Source: a virus (Duplodnaviria > Caudoviricetes). From it: a stretch of 64,000 nt of DNA. The notes under the pieces were generated by a model, which was not told the origin of the DNA, ran no database searches, and saw only the letters and a program-made list of their open reading frames with translations. Within the stretch, counting starts at the first letter, position 1. Each line of letters begins with the position of its first letter. Where the stretch lies: the IMG/VR virus record IMGVR_UViG_3300048606_000186, positions 1-64,000 of that record; one strand, written 5' to 3'. A program made the translations under genes and the position numbers. This document shows positions 55,337 to 64,000 of this stretch, one piece after another.

Positions 55337-57841
55337 TCAAATGGCCAGTTTCGTCGCCAATATGTCGGAGCCGTCGCGATAATAGGCGCGCTGTCGCCCG
55401 TAAGGATTGTCGAATGTCGCGCGTTCGCCGTCGGTGAACCAACCGGGCACCCGCAGCATGGCTCGACCGAGCGTCTGGGCCTTGATTTGATCGTAGCCGT
55501 TCGCATGCCCGCCGAGGCCTTCGCAGAAGATCTGCATGAGGCAGGTGACGTCGCGAAGGCGAGGCTCGCCACCGGCGTCCTTGTCGTCGAAACCGCCGTC
55601 GCGCATGGGCTTGTCGAGCCAGGCGGCGATGCGGCCGGCGACCCCGTCGTCCGCGCTCTCGACGCGGCGTGATTCCTGCAGCCGTGCGGCGATCTTCGCG
55701 GCGGCCGGGTCCGTCAGGAACAAGGGAAGCGTCCCGTAGGGCTGCGCGGCGCGCATGGCTCGATAGCTCACCAGCGCCTCGGCCCACAACTGGTCGACCT
55801 CGCCTTCGAGCCGCGCGGTGTCGATTTCCTTCACTGTGCAGAGGACCGGCCAGAAGCGACGGCCGCCGGTGTCGTCCTTGAGGTACTCGTGATCGTTGGT
55901 CGAGCCGATGAAGATGCACTGCCGCGGGAAGGCGGCGGCCCGGCGTGCGTAGGCCAGGCGAGCGTGGTCGATCTCGCGGCTGATGAAGGCCTTGATGGCG
56001 CGGACGTCGGAGCGATTGAAGCCGGTCAGCTCCGGGATTTCGAGCACCCAGCCGCCCTGCATCAGCTCGATCATTTGCTTGGCATCGTGGAAGTCGCCGT
56101 CCAGCTCCTTGAACCAGTGCCGGCCGAGGATCTTGATGAAGGTCGATTTTCGCTTGCCCTGGATGCCCTCGAGGATCGTGGCGAAATCGAACTTGTGCCC
56201 GGGCTCGAAGACACGAGTCACGGCCGCGGTCATGACCAGCCTCGCGACGCTGCGGTGATAGGCGTTGTCGGCCGCGCCTACGTAGTCGATGAACAGCCGA
56301 TCGATGCGCGGCGTGCCGTCCCACACCAGCGATTCGAGATATTCCCGGATCGGGTGAAACGGGAAATCGTTCGCCGACAGCACGATCGCCGCGCGCAGGT
56401 CGCGATCGGTCAGCTTGACGCCGTAGCCGCCCTGGGTCTTCGGCGCCTCGAAGATCGCCCGCACGGCGAAGTCGCGATCGTCGGACCACAGCTCGCCGTT
56501 CAGCGTGTCGCGGACGTCCCAGATGCGGCCTTCGAGCTGCAGCGTCGGCTTGGCCTCGTTGCGCCGGCGCGGGGGCTTGCGGCCAGGCGCGGTGCGCTGG
56601 ACGGTCTCCTGTGTGAACTCGTTGATCTGCGGAATGCCTACCAGCCGGCTGTCGTTGCGGACGATCAAGGCGATATTGTGCAGGGTCGGCCGGATGGCGC
56701 CCTCTTCATTGAAGTCGAGGAGCCAACGCCAGTCGTCGGCGGTCGGCTCGGCCGCGGCGGTGTCAAAGGAAGCTAGCGGATCCGAGTCGGTTTCGCCGAG
56801 CAGGTCCGCCAGGCTGCGCGGGGCATCGGGTTCGTCATCGTCGCCGGCGAACGCCCGGATGGTGTCGGGTTTCTCCGGCAGATCATCGAACTCGGACACC
56901 ATCCGGGCGGTGCGGGCGTCGATCGCCCACTGGCGGACCGTGCCCATGGTGACGGGTCGCTTGCGGTTGCGGCCGAATCCGCGATATTTGCTGCGCATCG
57001 TGCGCAGATCGCCGTCGAATTTATCCGACCGCTTCGAATGCTCGACCCAGAGGTCGAAGCCCCGATCGTCGCCGCCGAACTGGTGATGCAGCGCCTGGCC
57101 GAGCTGCACCCAGTCGGCATATTCGTCGAGGCGCTCGATCGGCAGGTCGTCGAGATCGCGCTCCAGCTGCCCGGGCTCGAAGGTCAGCGGCTCGCGCAGC
57201 TCGAATTCGTAGGTCTCGCTGTCGGCGACCTCGGCTGCCTCGATCCAGGCGCTCGGGATGGTCGGGGCCACGCCCAGGGCGAGCATTGGGAGGTCGAACG
57301 GCCGCAGCCAGACGTAAGGGTTGCCGGTGTCCGGATGGATGCTCGGCGGCAGCGCGACCTGCTTGCCGGTGCCGAACAGTTCTATCTCCCAGTCGTAGTG
57401 CCACTTCCCGTCCGCGCCGCGGTGCTTGCCCTCGCTGTGCGCGATCACCTTCGATGAGAAGGCTTTGTCGGTGACGAAATAGAGGTGCCGCGACTCGCCG
57501 CCGGCGCCGGATATGACGCAGGGAAGCGTCTCAGGGTCGAGGTCGGGAAATATGGCAGCGAGCCGGTTCCACGCCTCGCCGGCGAGGTCCGCGATGCGAA
57601 TGTCGAGGTCCCAGGCGTGCAGGAATCCGCCAGATATGAGCGACGAGGGCGCCCCGGTGCGGACGCCGACGTTGTTGCCGGTCGCGTGGGTGCGGCGCAG
57701 CACGTCGAGCGTCGCCACCGGCACCTCGGACCAGCCCTCCCCGATCGGTCGCTTGGTCTTGGGATGCAGCCAGTGGAGCGCGAAGCCCGCCGCGCGCAAC
57801 GGGCCGATAGCGTCCAGAACCGATTGATCGTGATCGTGCAT
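55337..57841 (-). CDS. Primase-helicase: Prim-Pol + PriCT-2 + VirE/VapE P-loop
   Basis: 'GNNVGVRTG...DLDI', 'VALPPSIHPDTG', 'WVQLGQALH', Walker A EGIQGKRKST, 'DDTGGRRFWP'. Confidence 0.93.
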   Translation of the reverse strand: MHDHDQSVLDAIGPLRAAGFALHWLHPKTKRPIGEGWSEVPVATLDVLRRTHATGNNVGVRTGAPSSLISGGFLHAWDLDIRIADLAGEAWNRLAAIFPDLDPETLPCVISGAGGESRHLYFVTDKAFSSKVIAHSEGKHRGADGKWHYDWEIELFGTGKQVALPPSIHPDTGNPYVWLRPFDLPMLALGVAPTIPSAWIEAAEVADSETYEFELREPLTFEPGQLERDLDDLPIERLDEYADWVQLGQALHHQFGGDDRGFDLWVEHSKRSDKFDGDLRTMRSKYRGFGRNRKRPVTMGTVRQWAIDARTARMVSEFDDLPEKPDTIRAFAGDDDEPDAPRSLADLLGETDSDPLASFDTAAAEPTADDWRWLLDFNEEGAIRPTLHNIALIVRNDSRLVGIPQINEFTQETVQRTAPGRKPPRRRNEAKPTLQLEGRIWDVRDTLNGELWSDDRDFAVRAIFEAPKTQGGYGVKLTDRDLRAAIVLSANDFPFHPIREYLESLVWDGTPRIDRLFIDYVGAADNAYHRSVARLVMTAAVTRVFEPGHKFDFATILEGIQGKRKSTFIKILGRHWFKELDGDFHDAKQMIELMQGGWVLEIPELTGFNRSDVRAIKAFISREIDHARLAYARRAAAFPRQCIFIGSTNDHEYLKDDTGGRRFWPVLCTVKEIDTARLEGEVDQLWAEALVSYRAMRAAQPYGTLPLFLTDPAAAKIAARLQESRRVESADDGVAGRIAAWLDKPMRDGGFDDKDAGGEPRLRDVTCLMQIFCEGLGGHANGYDQIKAQTLGRAMLRVPGWFTDGERATFDNPYGRQRAYYRDGSDILATKLAI

Positions 57842-57888
57842 TCAGACGCCTTTTCGCGCCGCTTCGCAGCGGCGGATCACCCCAGATC

Positions 57889-58209
57889 TCACAGGAAATC
57901 GATGAGATCGACCTTCGTGGGGAGCGGGCGACCGAGACGCTGCAACGCCGCGGCGTTTTCCTCGGCCCGGGCGCAGATGATCACGGCGTCGGCGTTCTTG
58001 CCGTTCATTCGGTTGACCCGCAGCCACTGGTAGACCGCCTCGAGCGACTTTGGCGGATTGAGCATGGCGGCGAGTCGCGGCACGTCGAAATGACCGCGTG
58101 GCGTCCGGAATTCGGGGAAAATATCGCGCAGTTTCGCATAGAGGCTGCCCTCTTTCCAGGTCGGCTGCCTGCCGGGCGCCAGATTTGGCTCCATCTGTTC
58201 TCGCTCCAT
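57889..58209 (-). CDS. Cro-like HTH protein
   Basis: 'VPRLAAML....EAVYQWLR'; chi-like position upstream of the primase. Confidence 0.6.
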   Translation of the reverse strand: MEREQMEPNLAPGRQPTWKEGSLYAKLRDIFPEFRTPRGHFDVPRLAAMLNPPKSLEAVYQWLRVNRMNGKNADAVIICARAEENAAALQRLGRPLPTKVDLIDFL

Positions 58210-58246
58210 GTCGTTCGCCCGCTCGCTATATCAGGAAGGCGAGAAA

Positions 58247-58282
58247 ATCAAGTAAAACCGGGCAACACAGGTTTTACTTGAA
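58247..58282. promoter_or_regulatory. Inverted operator pair between divergent promoters
   Basis: TCAAGTAAAACC...GGTTTTACTTGA; TTGAAA rightward and TTGATT leftward -35-like hexamers. Confidence 0.65.
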
Positions 58283-58359
58283 ACCTAGAGCGGGCTGTGC
58301 CAGATACACCGCGACTCGCTGCGGGCGAGCCAACGGATTCAACGAAGGGACCAAGAGCC

Positions 58360-58878
58360 ATGACTATCGAAGCACTTCTGGAGCGCAATGCCGTCGCCGT
58401 CGAAAAGCTTTGCGAACTGACCGAGCAACTGATCGCCGGCCGCGATGCCGCGATCGAGCAACTGAAGGCGGCGGGCGCCGCCGAGAAGCCTGCCACGCGC
58501 ACCAGCGCCAAGAAGAACGGGGAAGCGACCAAAGGCAAGGCGAACGAGACGACGGCGACCAGCCGCCAGATCGACACCAGCGATGCCGGCATCGCGGCGC
58601 TCGTGACGCCGTGGATGCAAAGCCACACGACGGATGCCGAACGGACCGGCGCGGCGGAAGCCGTGCAGGCCATGCTCCAGCATTTTGGCTCGCCGATGCT
58701 GACCGGTGTGAAGTCGACCCTCGACGAGACGCAGCGCTACCAGGCCTATTTCTTTCTGGAGCTGATCATCGCCGGCAAGGCGCCCAACTACAGCGCCGAA
58801 TACGACTTCGACGCCGATCCGCTGCCCCAGGTCGCGGATCCCGCCCCCTCGGCCGCCGACGCGCTCGGCCTCGGCTGA
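58360..58878 (+). CDS. Hypothetical replication-module protein
   Basis: N-terminal coiled coil 'IEALLERNAVAVEKL' then an Ala/Lys linker; chi-like position. Confidence 0.65.
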   Translation: MTIEALLERNAVAVEKLCELTEQLIAGRDAAIEQLKAAGAAEKPATRTSAKKNGEATKGKANETTATSRQIDTSDAGIAALVTPWMQSHTTDAERTGAAEAVQAMLQHFGSPMLTGVKSTLDETQRYQAYFFLELIIAGKAPNYSAEYDFDADPLPQVADPAPSAADALGLG

Positions 58879-58905
58879 TCGCGACCTGAACCAAGGAGCA
58901 GAGAC

Positions 58906-59151
58906 ATGACGACTACGATCACGGTGCGCACGCACGACTGGCCGGTCTACGTCAGCGCCTTCCCGTGCGACAGCAACCGGAAGCCGCTTGAAGACGGTCA
59001 ATATAGCCATATCGCGACGGTCCCGGCCAATAGCGAGCAGGAGTTCATCGTCTATCGGGAACAGGATCTGCTGTTCCAGGAGATGCCGAGCGAGGCGGAG
59101 ACGGCCGACGCGGAGGCAGCCGCGCCCGCTTCCGCTCCGGCGAGCGACTGA
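58906..59151 (+). CDS. Hypothetical protein
   Basis: RBS AAGGAG; 'MTTTITV'. Confidence 0.6.
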   Translation: MTTTITVRTHDWPVYVSAFPCDSNRKPLEDGQYSHIATVPANSEQEFIVYREQDLLFQEMPSEAETADAEAAAPASAPASD

Positions 59152-59208
59152 CGGATTCACCCGGCCCCGCTCGCACGGGGCCGGGCATTCCGCGAAAGGA
59201 ACCACCCC

Positions 59209-59391
59209 ATGCATCTTCTCCGACGAATCGAGCAATATCTGCGAGACAACGCCGTCTCGCCGTCGCGCTTCGGTCGAGATGCGGTCAACGACCCGCGTTT
59301 CGTGTTCGATCTTCGCGACAAAGGTCGAACCGTGCGCGATGCGACCCGGGACAAGGTCACCGCGTACCTGGACGCCAAAGAGGCCGCGTGA
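59209..59391 (+). CDS. Small HTH-like protein
   Basis: 'SRFGRDAVNDPRFVFDLR.GR', recalled as an alphaproteobacterial small HTH family. Confidence 0.7.
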   Translation: MHLLRRIEQYLRDNAVSPSRFGRDAVNDPRFVFDLRDKGRTVRDATRDKVTAYLDAKEAA

Positions 59392-60578
59392 TCGTCCAGC
59401 ATTCCTCCCGCTCCCCGTCGCGCGCCGCCGGCTACTGGGCCTGCCCTGGTAAGCCGGCTGCCGAGGAGGGGCTGCCCGATGTTCCGACGATATTCGCGGC
59501 CGAGGGGAAGTGCGCGCACCTGATCTCCGATCTCTGCCTCAAGACCGGCCTCAGCGCGTTCGATTTCGTCGGCTGCCGGACCGCGGTTGACGAGTTTCGG
59601 TTCGAATGGACCGACGCCGACGCCGAGTGGATGCAGCCAGGCCTCAACCGCGTGACGGGTTTCGAGGGGCAACTGTTCAGCGAGCTGCGAGTCGATATGT
59701 CGCCTTGGCTTGGCGCGGATGAGGGTGGCACGCTCGACCGCGCGGTCGTTTCCCGCGACCTGATCGTGATCGATGATCTCAAATGGGGCTGGGTGCCGGT
59801 CAGCCCGGTCCGCAACAAACAGACCATGTCTTATGCGCTGGGTTTCTGGGAGGAGGTCGCGCGCCACCTTAGCCCGGCCACAGATTTCCTGCTGTCGATC
59901 GATCAGCCGCGGTGCAGCGGTGGCGGCGGGACCTGGCGCGTGACGCTCGATGAATTGCTCGCGTTCGGCGAGGAACTGAAGCGCCGCGTTGCGCTCAGCC
60001 GGCAACCGAACGCGCCGCGGCGGGGCAGCGACGTCTGTCGCAACTGCCGCCGATTTAACACGAAGGGCGGCTGCTACGAAGCCGACCGTTTCTGCCTGGA
60101 GGTGATGGGCATGGCCCCCGAGACTGTCGACAAAAATGACGCGATTTGCGCGCCGCCGCTGATGCTGCCGACGCTCGATGGCGATCGCCGCGCCTATATC
60201 ATCCGCCACTCGAAACTGGTCGAGGCGTGGCTCGAGCGCCAGCGGGACGATGCGCTCACCGACGCGCTCACCGGCCACGAAGTGCCTGGCATGAAGGCCG
60301 TCAACGGCAATCGTCCGCCCCGCAAGTGGAAGGATCCGGAGACGATCGGCGCGGCGTTGATACCGATCCTCGGCGACAAGCGCTGGGCTCCGCCTAAGAT
60401 CAAGACGCCGACCCAGGTCGAGAAGGAGCTCGGCCGCGCGGCCTATGTTGAGAAGATCGAAGACCTGGTCGACCCGGGCGAGCCGAAGCCGGTGCTGGTG
60501 CCGGTGGATGATGCCCGCCGCGCCATCGAGTCTCTGGCGTCGCGCTTCGAGGAGCTGCCCGAACGCGCCGCCGCCTGA
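59388..60578 (+). CDS. DUF2800 PD-(D/E)XK (Cas4-like) nuclease
   Basis: 'AAEGKCAH', 'GTLD', 'DDLKWG', 'NKQTMSYALG', Cys cluster 'CRNC...C'. Confidence 0.88.
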   Translation: MIVQHSSRSPSRAAGYWACPGKPAAEEGLPDVPTIFAAEGKCAHLISDLCLKTGLSAFDFVGCRTAVDEFRFEWTDADAEWMQPGLNRVTGFEGQLFSELRVDMSPWLGADEGGTLDRAVVSRDLIVIDDLKWGWVPVSPVRNKQTMSYALGFWEEVARHLSPATDFLLSIDQPRCSGGGGTWRVTLDELLAFGEELKRRVALSRQPNAPRRGSDVCRNCRRFNTKGGCYEADRFCLEVMGMAPETVDKNDAICAPPLMLPTLDGDRRAYIIRHSKLVEAWLERQRDDALTDALTGHEVPGMKAVNGNRPPRKWKDPETIGAALIPILGDKRWAPPKIKTPTQVEKELGRAAYVEKIEDLVDPGEPKPVLVPVDDARRAIESLASRFEELPERAAA

Positions 60579-60605
60579 TTTTTTCTGTTCCCAAGGAGAC
60601 GAAGC

Positions 60606-61289
60606 ATGACCGAGACCGCCCAGAAGACCATCGACCCGAGGACCGTGCAGCTGAAGGGGTTGCGGCTGTCCTACACCGACACGCTGAAGGAAAAGGGGAA
60701 ACCCGACGGCGTTCCGGACGCAGACCCGAAATATGGCTGCAATTTCCTGATCGAGAAAGCGGGTCCCCAGGCCAACCATTTCGATGAGAATGTCGCCAAG
60801 GTCGTCGCCGCGCTGAAGGCTGCCGGCGATCAGGAATGGGGCAAGCCCGACGCCTATAAGGCGATCTCCGAGGACAATCCGAAACGTGTGGCGTTCCGCA
60901 AGGGGGAGAGATTCAAGAACCCGGATGGCGACATTTACAAGGGCTACGAAGGCAATTTGGCAATCAGCGCCAGCGGCCCCAGCGGTGGCAAGCATCGGCC
61001 GAAGATGTGGGATCGTCACAAGCGCAAGGTCGAAGAAGAGGACATTCTCGTCGTCTGCTACGGCGGCTCCTATTGCGACGCGATCCTGTCGTTCTACGGC
61101 ACCGACAAGGGCAGCCGCGGCATTTTCTGCTCGATCGAAGCCATCCGTTCCTGGCAGGAAGGCGATGTAATGGGCAGCGGCATCACCGTCACCGCCGACA
61201 TGTTCGACGATATGCCCGAGACCGACGCCTTCGCCGGCACGGGCGCGGCCGAGGACAGCGGCGGCGCGGCCTCGCTCGGCCTCGGCTGA
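60606..61289 (+). CDS. DUF2815 ssDNA-binding protein
   Basis: 'RLSY', 'KYGCNFLI', 'YGGSYCDA', acidic tail. Confidence 0.88.
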   Translation: MTETAQKTIDPRTVQLKGLRLSYTDTLKEKGKPDGVPDADPKYGCNFLIEKAGPQANHFDENVAKVVAALKAAGDQEWGKPDAYKAISEDNPKRVAFRKGERFKNPDGDIYKGYEGNLAISASGPSGGKHRPKMWDRHKRKVEEEDILVVCYGGSYCDAILSFYGTDKGSRGIFCSIEAIRSWQEGDVMGSGITVTADMFDDMPETDAFAGTGAAEDSGGAASLGLG

Positions 61290-61299
61290 GAAATCGTCG

Positions 61300-61869
61300 G
61301 TGCCACTGAACCACCTAATGATTGACCTGGAGACGATGGGTCAGCGTTTCGACGCTCCCATCGTCTCCATCGGGGCAGTCTTCTTCGATCCGACAACCGG
61401 AGAGCTCGGTCGCGAATTCTATGTGGCGATCGACATCGAGGACAGTTTTCGCTTTGGCAAGGCTTCAGGGGGAACCGTCAAATGGTGGATGCAACAGAGC
61501 GACGCCGCCCGCCTGGCGGCGATAGCCGGGAATATCCTGCTCGGGGCAGCATTATCCGAGCTGCGTGATTTCTATGAAGCAGGCGTGGAAGGCACTTCGG
61601 TCTGGGGCAACGGGCCGACATTCGATATCTCAATCCTCGAATATGCCTACATGCGCTGTTGCGGGTGTCCTCCTCCGTGGCCATTCTGGGCGGTGAGAGA
61701 CTGCCGCACCATCAAGGACTTAGGTCAGCATCTTTCCATCGGGACGAAGCTTGCTCAAGGAACCGCGCACAATGCGCTCGACGATGCGCTGAATCAGGTG
61801 CGCTGGGTGTCGGAGATGTGGTGCGAACTAACAAAGCCGCAGGCCACCGTCAGCGATTGGCTCGGCTAG
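61300..61869 (+). CDS. DEDDh 3'-5' exonuclease
   Basis: 'MIDLETMG', 'WGNGPTFD', 'RDCRT', 'HNALDDA'. Confidence 0.9.
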   Translation: MPLNHLMIDLETMGQRFDAPIVSIGAVFFDPTTGELGREFYVAIDIEDSFRFGKASGGTVKWWMQQSDAARLAAIAGNILLGAALSELRDFYEAGVEGTSVWGNGPTFDISILEYAYMRCCGCPPPWPFWAVRDCRTIKDLGQHLSIGTKLAQGTAHNALDDALNQVRWVSEMWCELTKPQATVSDWLG

Positions 61870-63783
61870 ATGCCCCGCGACACCCTGCTCTGCGACACTG
61901 AATGTTATCCCGGTTTCTGGGCGATCGGCTTCAAACGGGTCGGCGACGGGAAGCGGGTGACGATCGAACTGTCGCGTCGCACCCCGCCCGCCGAGCGCCA
62001 GGCGCGTTGCGACCGGGTTCGCGATATCATGCTGCAGCACCGGATCGTCACCTTCAATGGCCTCAACTACGACCAGGGGATGATCTTCCTGGCGGCGTCC
62101 GGCGCCTCCAATGAGCAGTTGAAGGCGGCGAACGACAAGATCATCGGCGGCGGGCTGCGCTATTGGCAGGTCGAGGACGCGATCGGCGTTCGGGTGCCGA
62201 AGTTCGACCACATCGACCTGATCGAGCCGCAGCCCAACGCGTTCGCGAGTCTCAAAATCCTGAACGGCCGCCTGCACGGCCGCAAGATGCAGGATCTGCC
62301 CTACGAGCCAGACCACGTCCTGACCGATGAGGAGATGGACGCAACCCTGCTCTACCTCGACAACGATCTCGACGCGACCGGCACGCTGCACGAAGCGCTC
62401 GCCGAGCCGCTCGCGCTGCGCGAGGCAATGGGCGCGAAATACGATCTCGACCTGCGATCGAAGTCCGACGCGCAGATGGGCGAGGCGATCATCAAGAGCC
62501 GCGTCGAAAAGGTCACCGGCGAGCGGGTGTTCAAGGTCGAGACGCCGGCAGGAACGGATTTCCCCTACAAGGTGCCGGAGTGGTTGCGTTTTCAGCGCGA
62601 CGACCTGCGCGAGGTCCTTGATCGGCTGCAGGAAACGCGGTTCGTGGTCAAGGCGGACGGCAAGATCGACATGCCGGCATGGCTCAACGCGAAGCAGGTG
62701 CCGATCGGCGAGACGACCTATGCGATGGGGATCGGCGGGCTCCACTCGACCGAGAAGAATCGGGCGGTCTCTTCGGATGCCGAGCATGTGCTGATCGATT
62801 TCGACGTCGCCAGCTACTATCCGGCCATCATCCTGAACTCCGGCCTTTATCCGAAGGCGCTGGGCCCGGCCTTCCTCGACGTTTTCGGCGAGATCACCCG
62901 CGAGCGCGTCGATGCCAAGCGACGAGGCGACAAGGCGGCGGCCGACGGGCTCAAGATCGCGGTAAATGGCTGCTTCGGGAAGCTCGGCAGCCGCTATTCG
63001 ATCCTCTACGCGCCGCACCTGATGATCGCGGTCACGCTGACCGGCCAGCTCGCACTGCTGATGCTGATCGAGCGGGCCGAGGCGGCAGGCATACCGGTGG
63101 TCAGCGGCAACACCGATGGCGTCGTGTTTCGCTGCCCGCGTAACATGGAAGGTCTGCTGACTGAGATCACCGAGACTTGGCAACGCGAGACTGGCTTCGA
63201 GCTGGAGGCAACCCGCTACACGGCGCTCTACAGCCAGTCGGTCAACAGCTACATCGCGGTCAAGGAGGACGGCAAGACCAAGCGCAAGGGGCCGCTGGCG
63301 AACCCTCGCCTCGAGGGCGACCTGCGCACCCAGATGATGATCAACCCGAGCATGAATGTCTGCTCGGATGCGGTCGTCGCGCTACTGACCAAGGGCGTGC
63401 CGATCGAGCAGACGATTCGCGCCTGTACGGACATTCGCGAATTCGTGACAGTGGTCACCGTCAAGGGCGGCGCGACCTGGCGCGGCGAGTATCTGGGCAA
63501 GGTCGTCCGCTACATCTGGGCCCGCGATGGCGAGGAAATCCTCTACAAGGTGCCGCACGCCGCGACCGGGAACCACAAGAAGGTGTCGCGGACCGACGGC
63601 TGCAGGCCGCTGATGGAATTGCCCGACGCTTTCCCCGCGGACATTGATTACGAGCGGTATATCGAGGCCGCGCGAGAGATCCTGATCGACGTCGGTTATA
63701 CCGCCCGCCCGCACGTCCTGAAGGCGCCCCGGGTCTACAAGGCGCATCGGCAGACCTGGCTGATCCTGTCGCTCGCGGCATGA
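61870..63783 (+). CDS. Family B DNA polymerase
   Basis: Exo 'DTECY', 'FNGLNYD'; pol 'DFDVASYYP', 'KIAVNGCFGK', 'GNTDG'. Confidence 0.88.
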   Translation: MPRDTLLCDTECYPGFWAIGFKRVGDGKRVTIELSRRTPPAERQARCDRVRDIMLQHRIVTFNGLNYDQGMIFLAASGASNEQLKAANDKIIGGGLRYWQVEDAIGVRVPKFDHIDLIEPQPNAFASLKILNGRLHGRKMQDLPYEPDHVLTDEEMDATLLYLDNDLDATGTLHEALAEPLALREAMGAKYDLDLRSKSDAQMGEAIIKSRVEKVTGERVFKVETPAGTDFPYKVPEWLRFQRDDLREVLDRLQETRFVVKADGKIDMPAWLNAKQVPIGETTYAMGIGGLHSTEKNRAVSSDAEHVLIDFDVASYYPAIILNSGLYPKALGPAFLDVFGEITRERVDAKRRGDKAAADGLKIAVNGCFGKLGSRYSILYAPHLMIAVTLTGQLALLMLIERAEAAGIPVVSGNTDGVVFRCPRNMEGLLTEITETWQRETGFELEATRYTALYSQSVNSYIAVKEDGKTKRKGPLANPRLEGDLRTQMMINPSMNVCSDAVVALLTKGVPIEQTIRACTDIREFVTVVTVKGGATWRGEYLGKVVRYIWARDGEEILYKVPHAATGNHKKVSRTDGCRPLMELPDAFPADIDYERYIEAAREILIDVGYTARPHVLKAPRVYKAHRQTWLILSLAA

Positions 63784-63968
63784 TCGAGCCGCCACTTTGC
63801 CCGGGTTGCGGCAAGTCTACGTTCTGGAGCCTGACCCGCTACGGCGCGCGCTGGGACTGCCTGCCGTGCAAACGGTGGGCGTGGAACGATGGCCCTCTGC
63901 GGACCAAGGCCGAGCATGAGGCGGCAAAGCGCGGTCGAGTACCGCGCGTTCAGGATTTCCTCGGCTGA
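63780..63968 (+). CDS. Zn-ribbon protein
   Basis: 'CPGCG...WDCLPC'. Confidence 0.6.
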   Translation: MIEPPLCPGCGKSTFWSLTRYGARWDCLPCKRWAWNDGPLRTKAEHEAAKRGRVPRVQDFLG

Positions 63969-64000
63969 TGCAGGTCGCGCTCGAAACCCTCCTCGTCGCC

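Noticed and set aside
59388-60578. Cas4 as part of a CRISPR system
   Set aside because: DUF2800 next to DUF2815 and the polymerase is the standard phage replication/recombination context
11340-60578. Many proteins ending in -AA as ClpXP degrons
   Set aside because: Largely explained by GCA-TGA/ATGA overlaps and Ala-rich composition; kept only for the CtrA-like protein

Overview
The window is almost entirely one ~67% GC siphophage genome with chi/Nazgul-like (Casjensviridae-like) gene order, opened away from its cos end. The host is probably an alphaproteobacterium (sphingomonad-like), inferred from a GapR homologue and small sphingomonad-type proteins. Left to right it carries: AlpA; two DNA methyltransferases flanking terS; an inserted NDT-like / QueF-like / DpdA-like base-modification cassette; terL; a ~700-nt structured non-coding block; lambda-like head and tail genes (with a -1 frameshifted tail chaperone and an 8-repeat tail fibre); a lysis cassette; an A1-like phosphoesterase; a leftward early region (two more methyltransferases, dNMP kinase, HD hydrolase, GapR, and a coupled MTase-Fic-QueD-like-MazG-like-aGPT-Pplase1 operon); a candidate cosQ/cosN plus ACAGGT repeats; and the replication module (primase-helicase, DUF2800 nuclease, DUF2815 SSB, exonuclease, family-B polymerase). 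The most notable items are two incomplete-looking DNA hypermodification modules layered on four MTases, the putative large ncRNA, a 17-bp palindromic operator repeated about 18 times, and a shared 'xLxx(F/L)LG' peptide tail on about 12 unrelated proteins. All family assignments come from recalled motifs; no database search or folding program was run.
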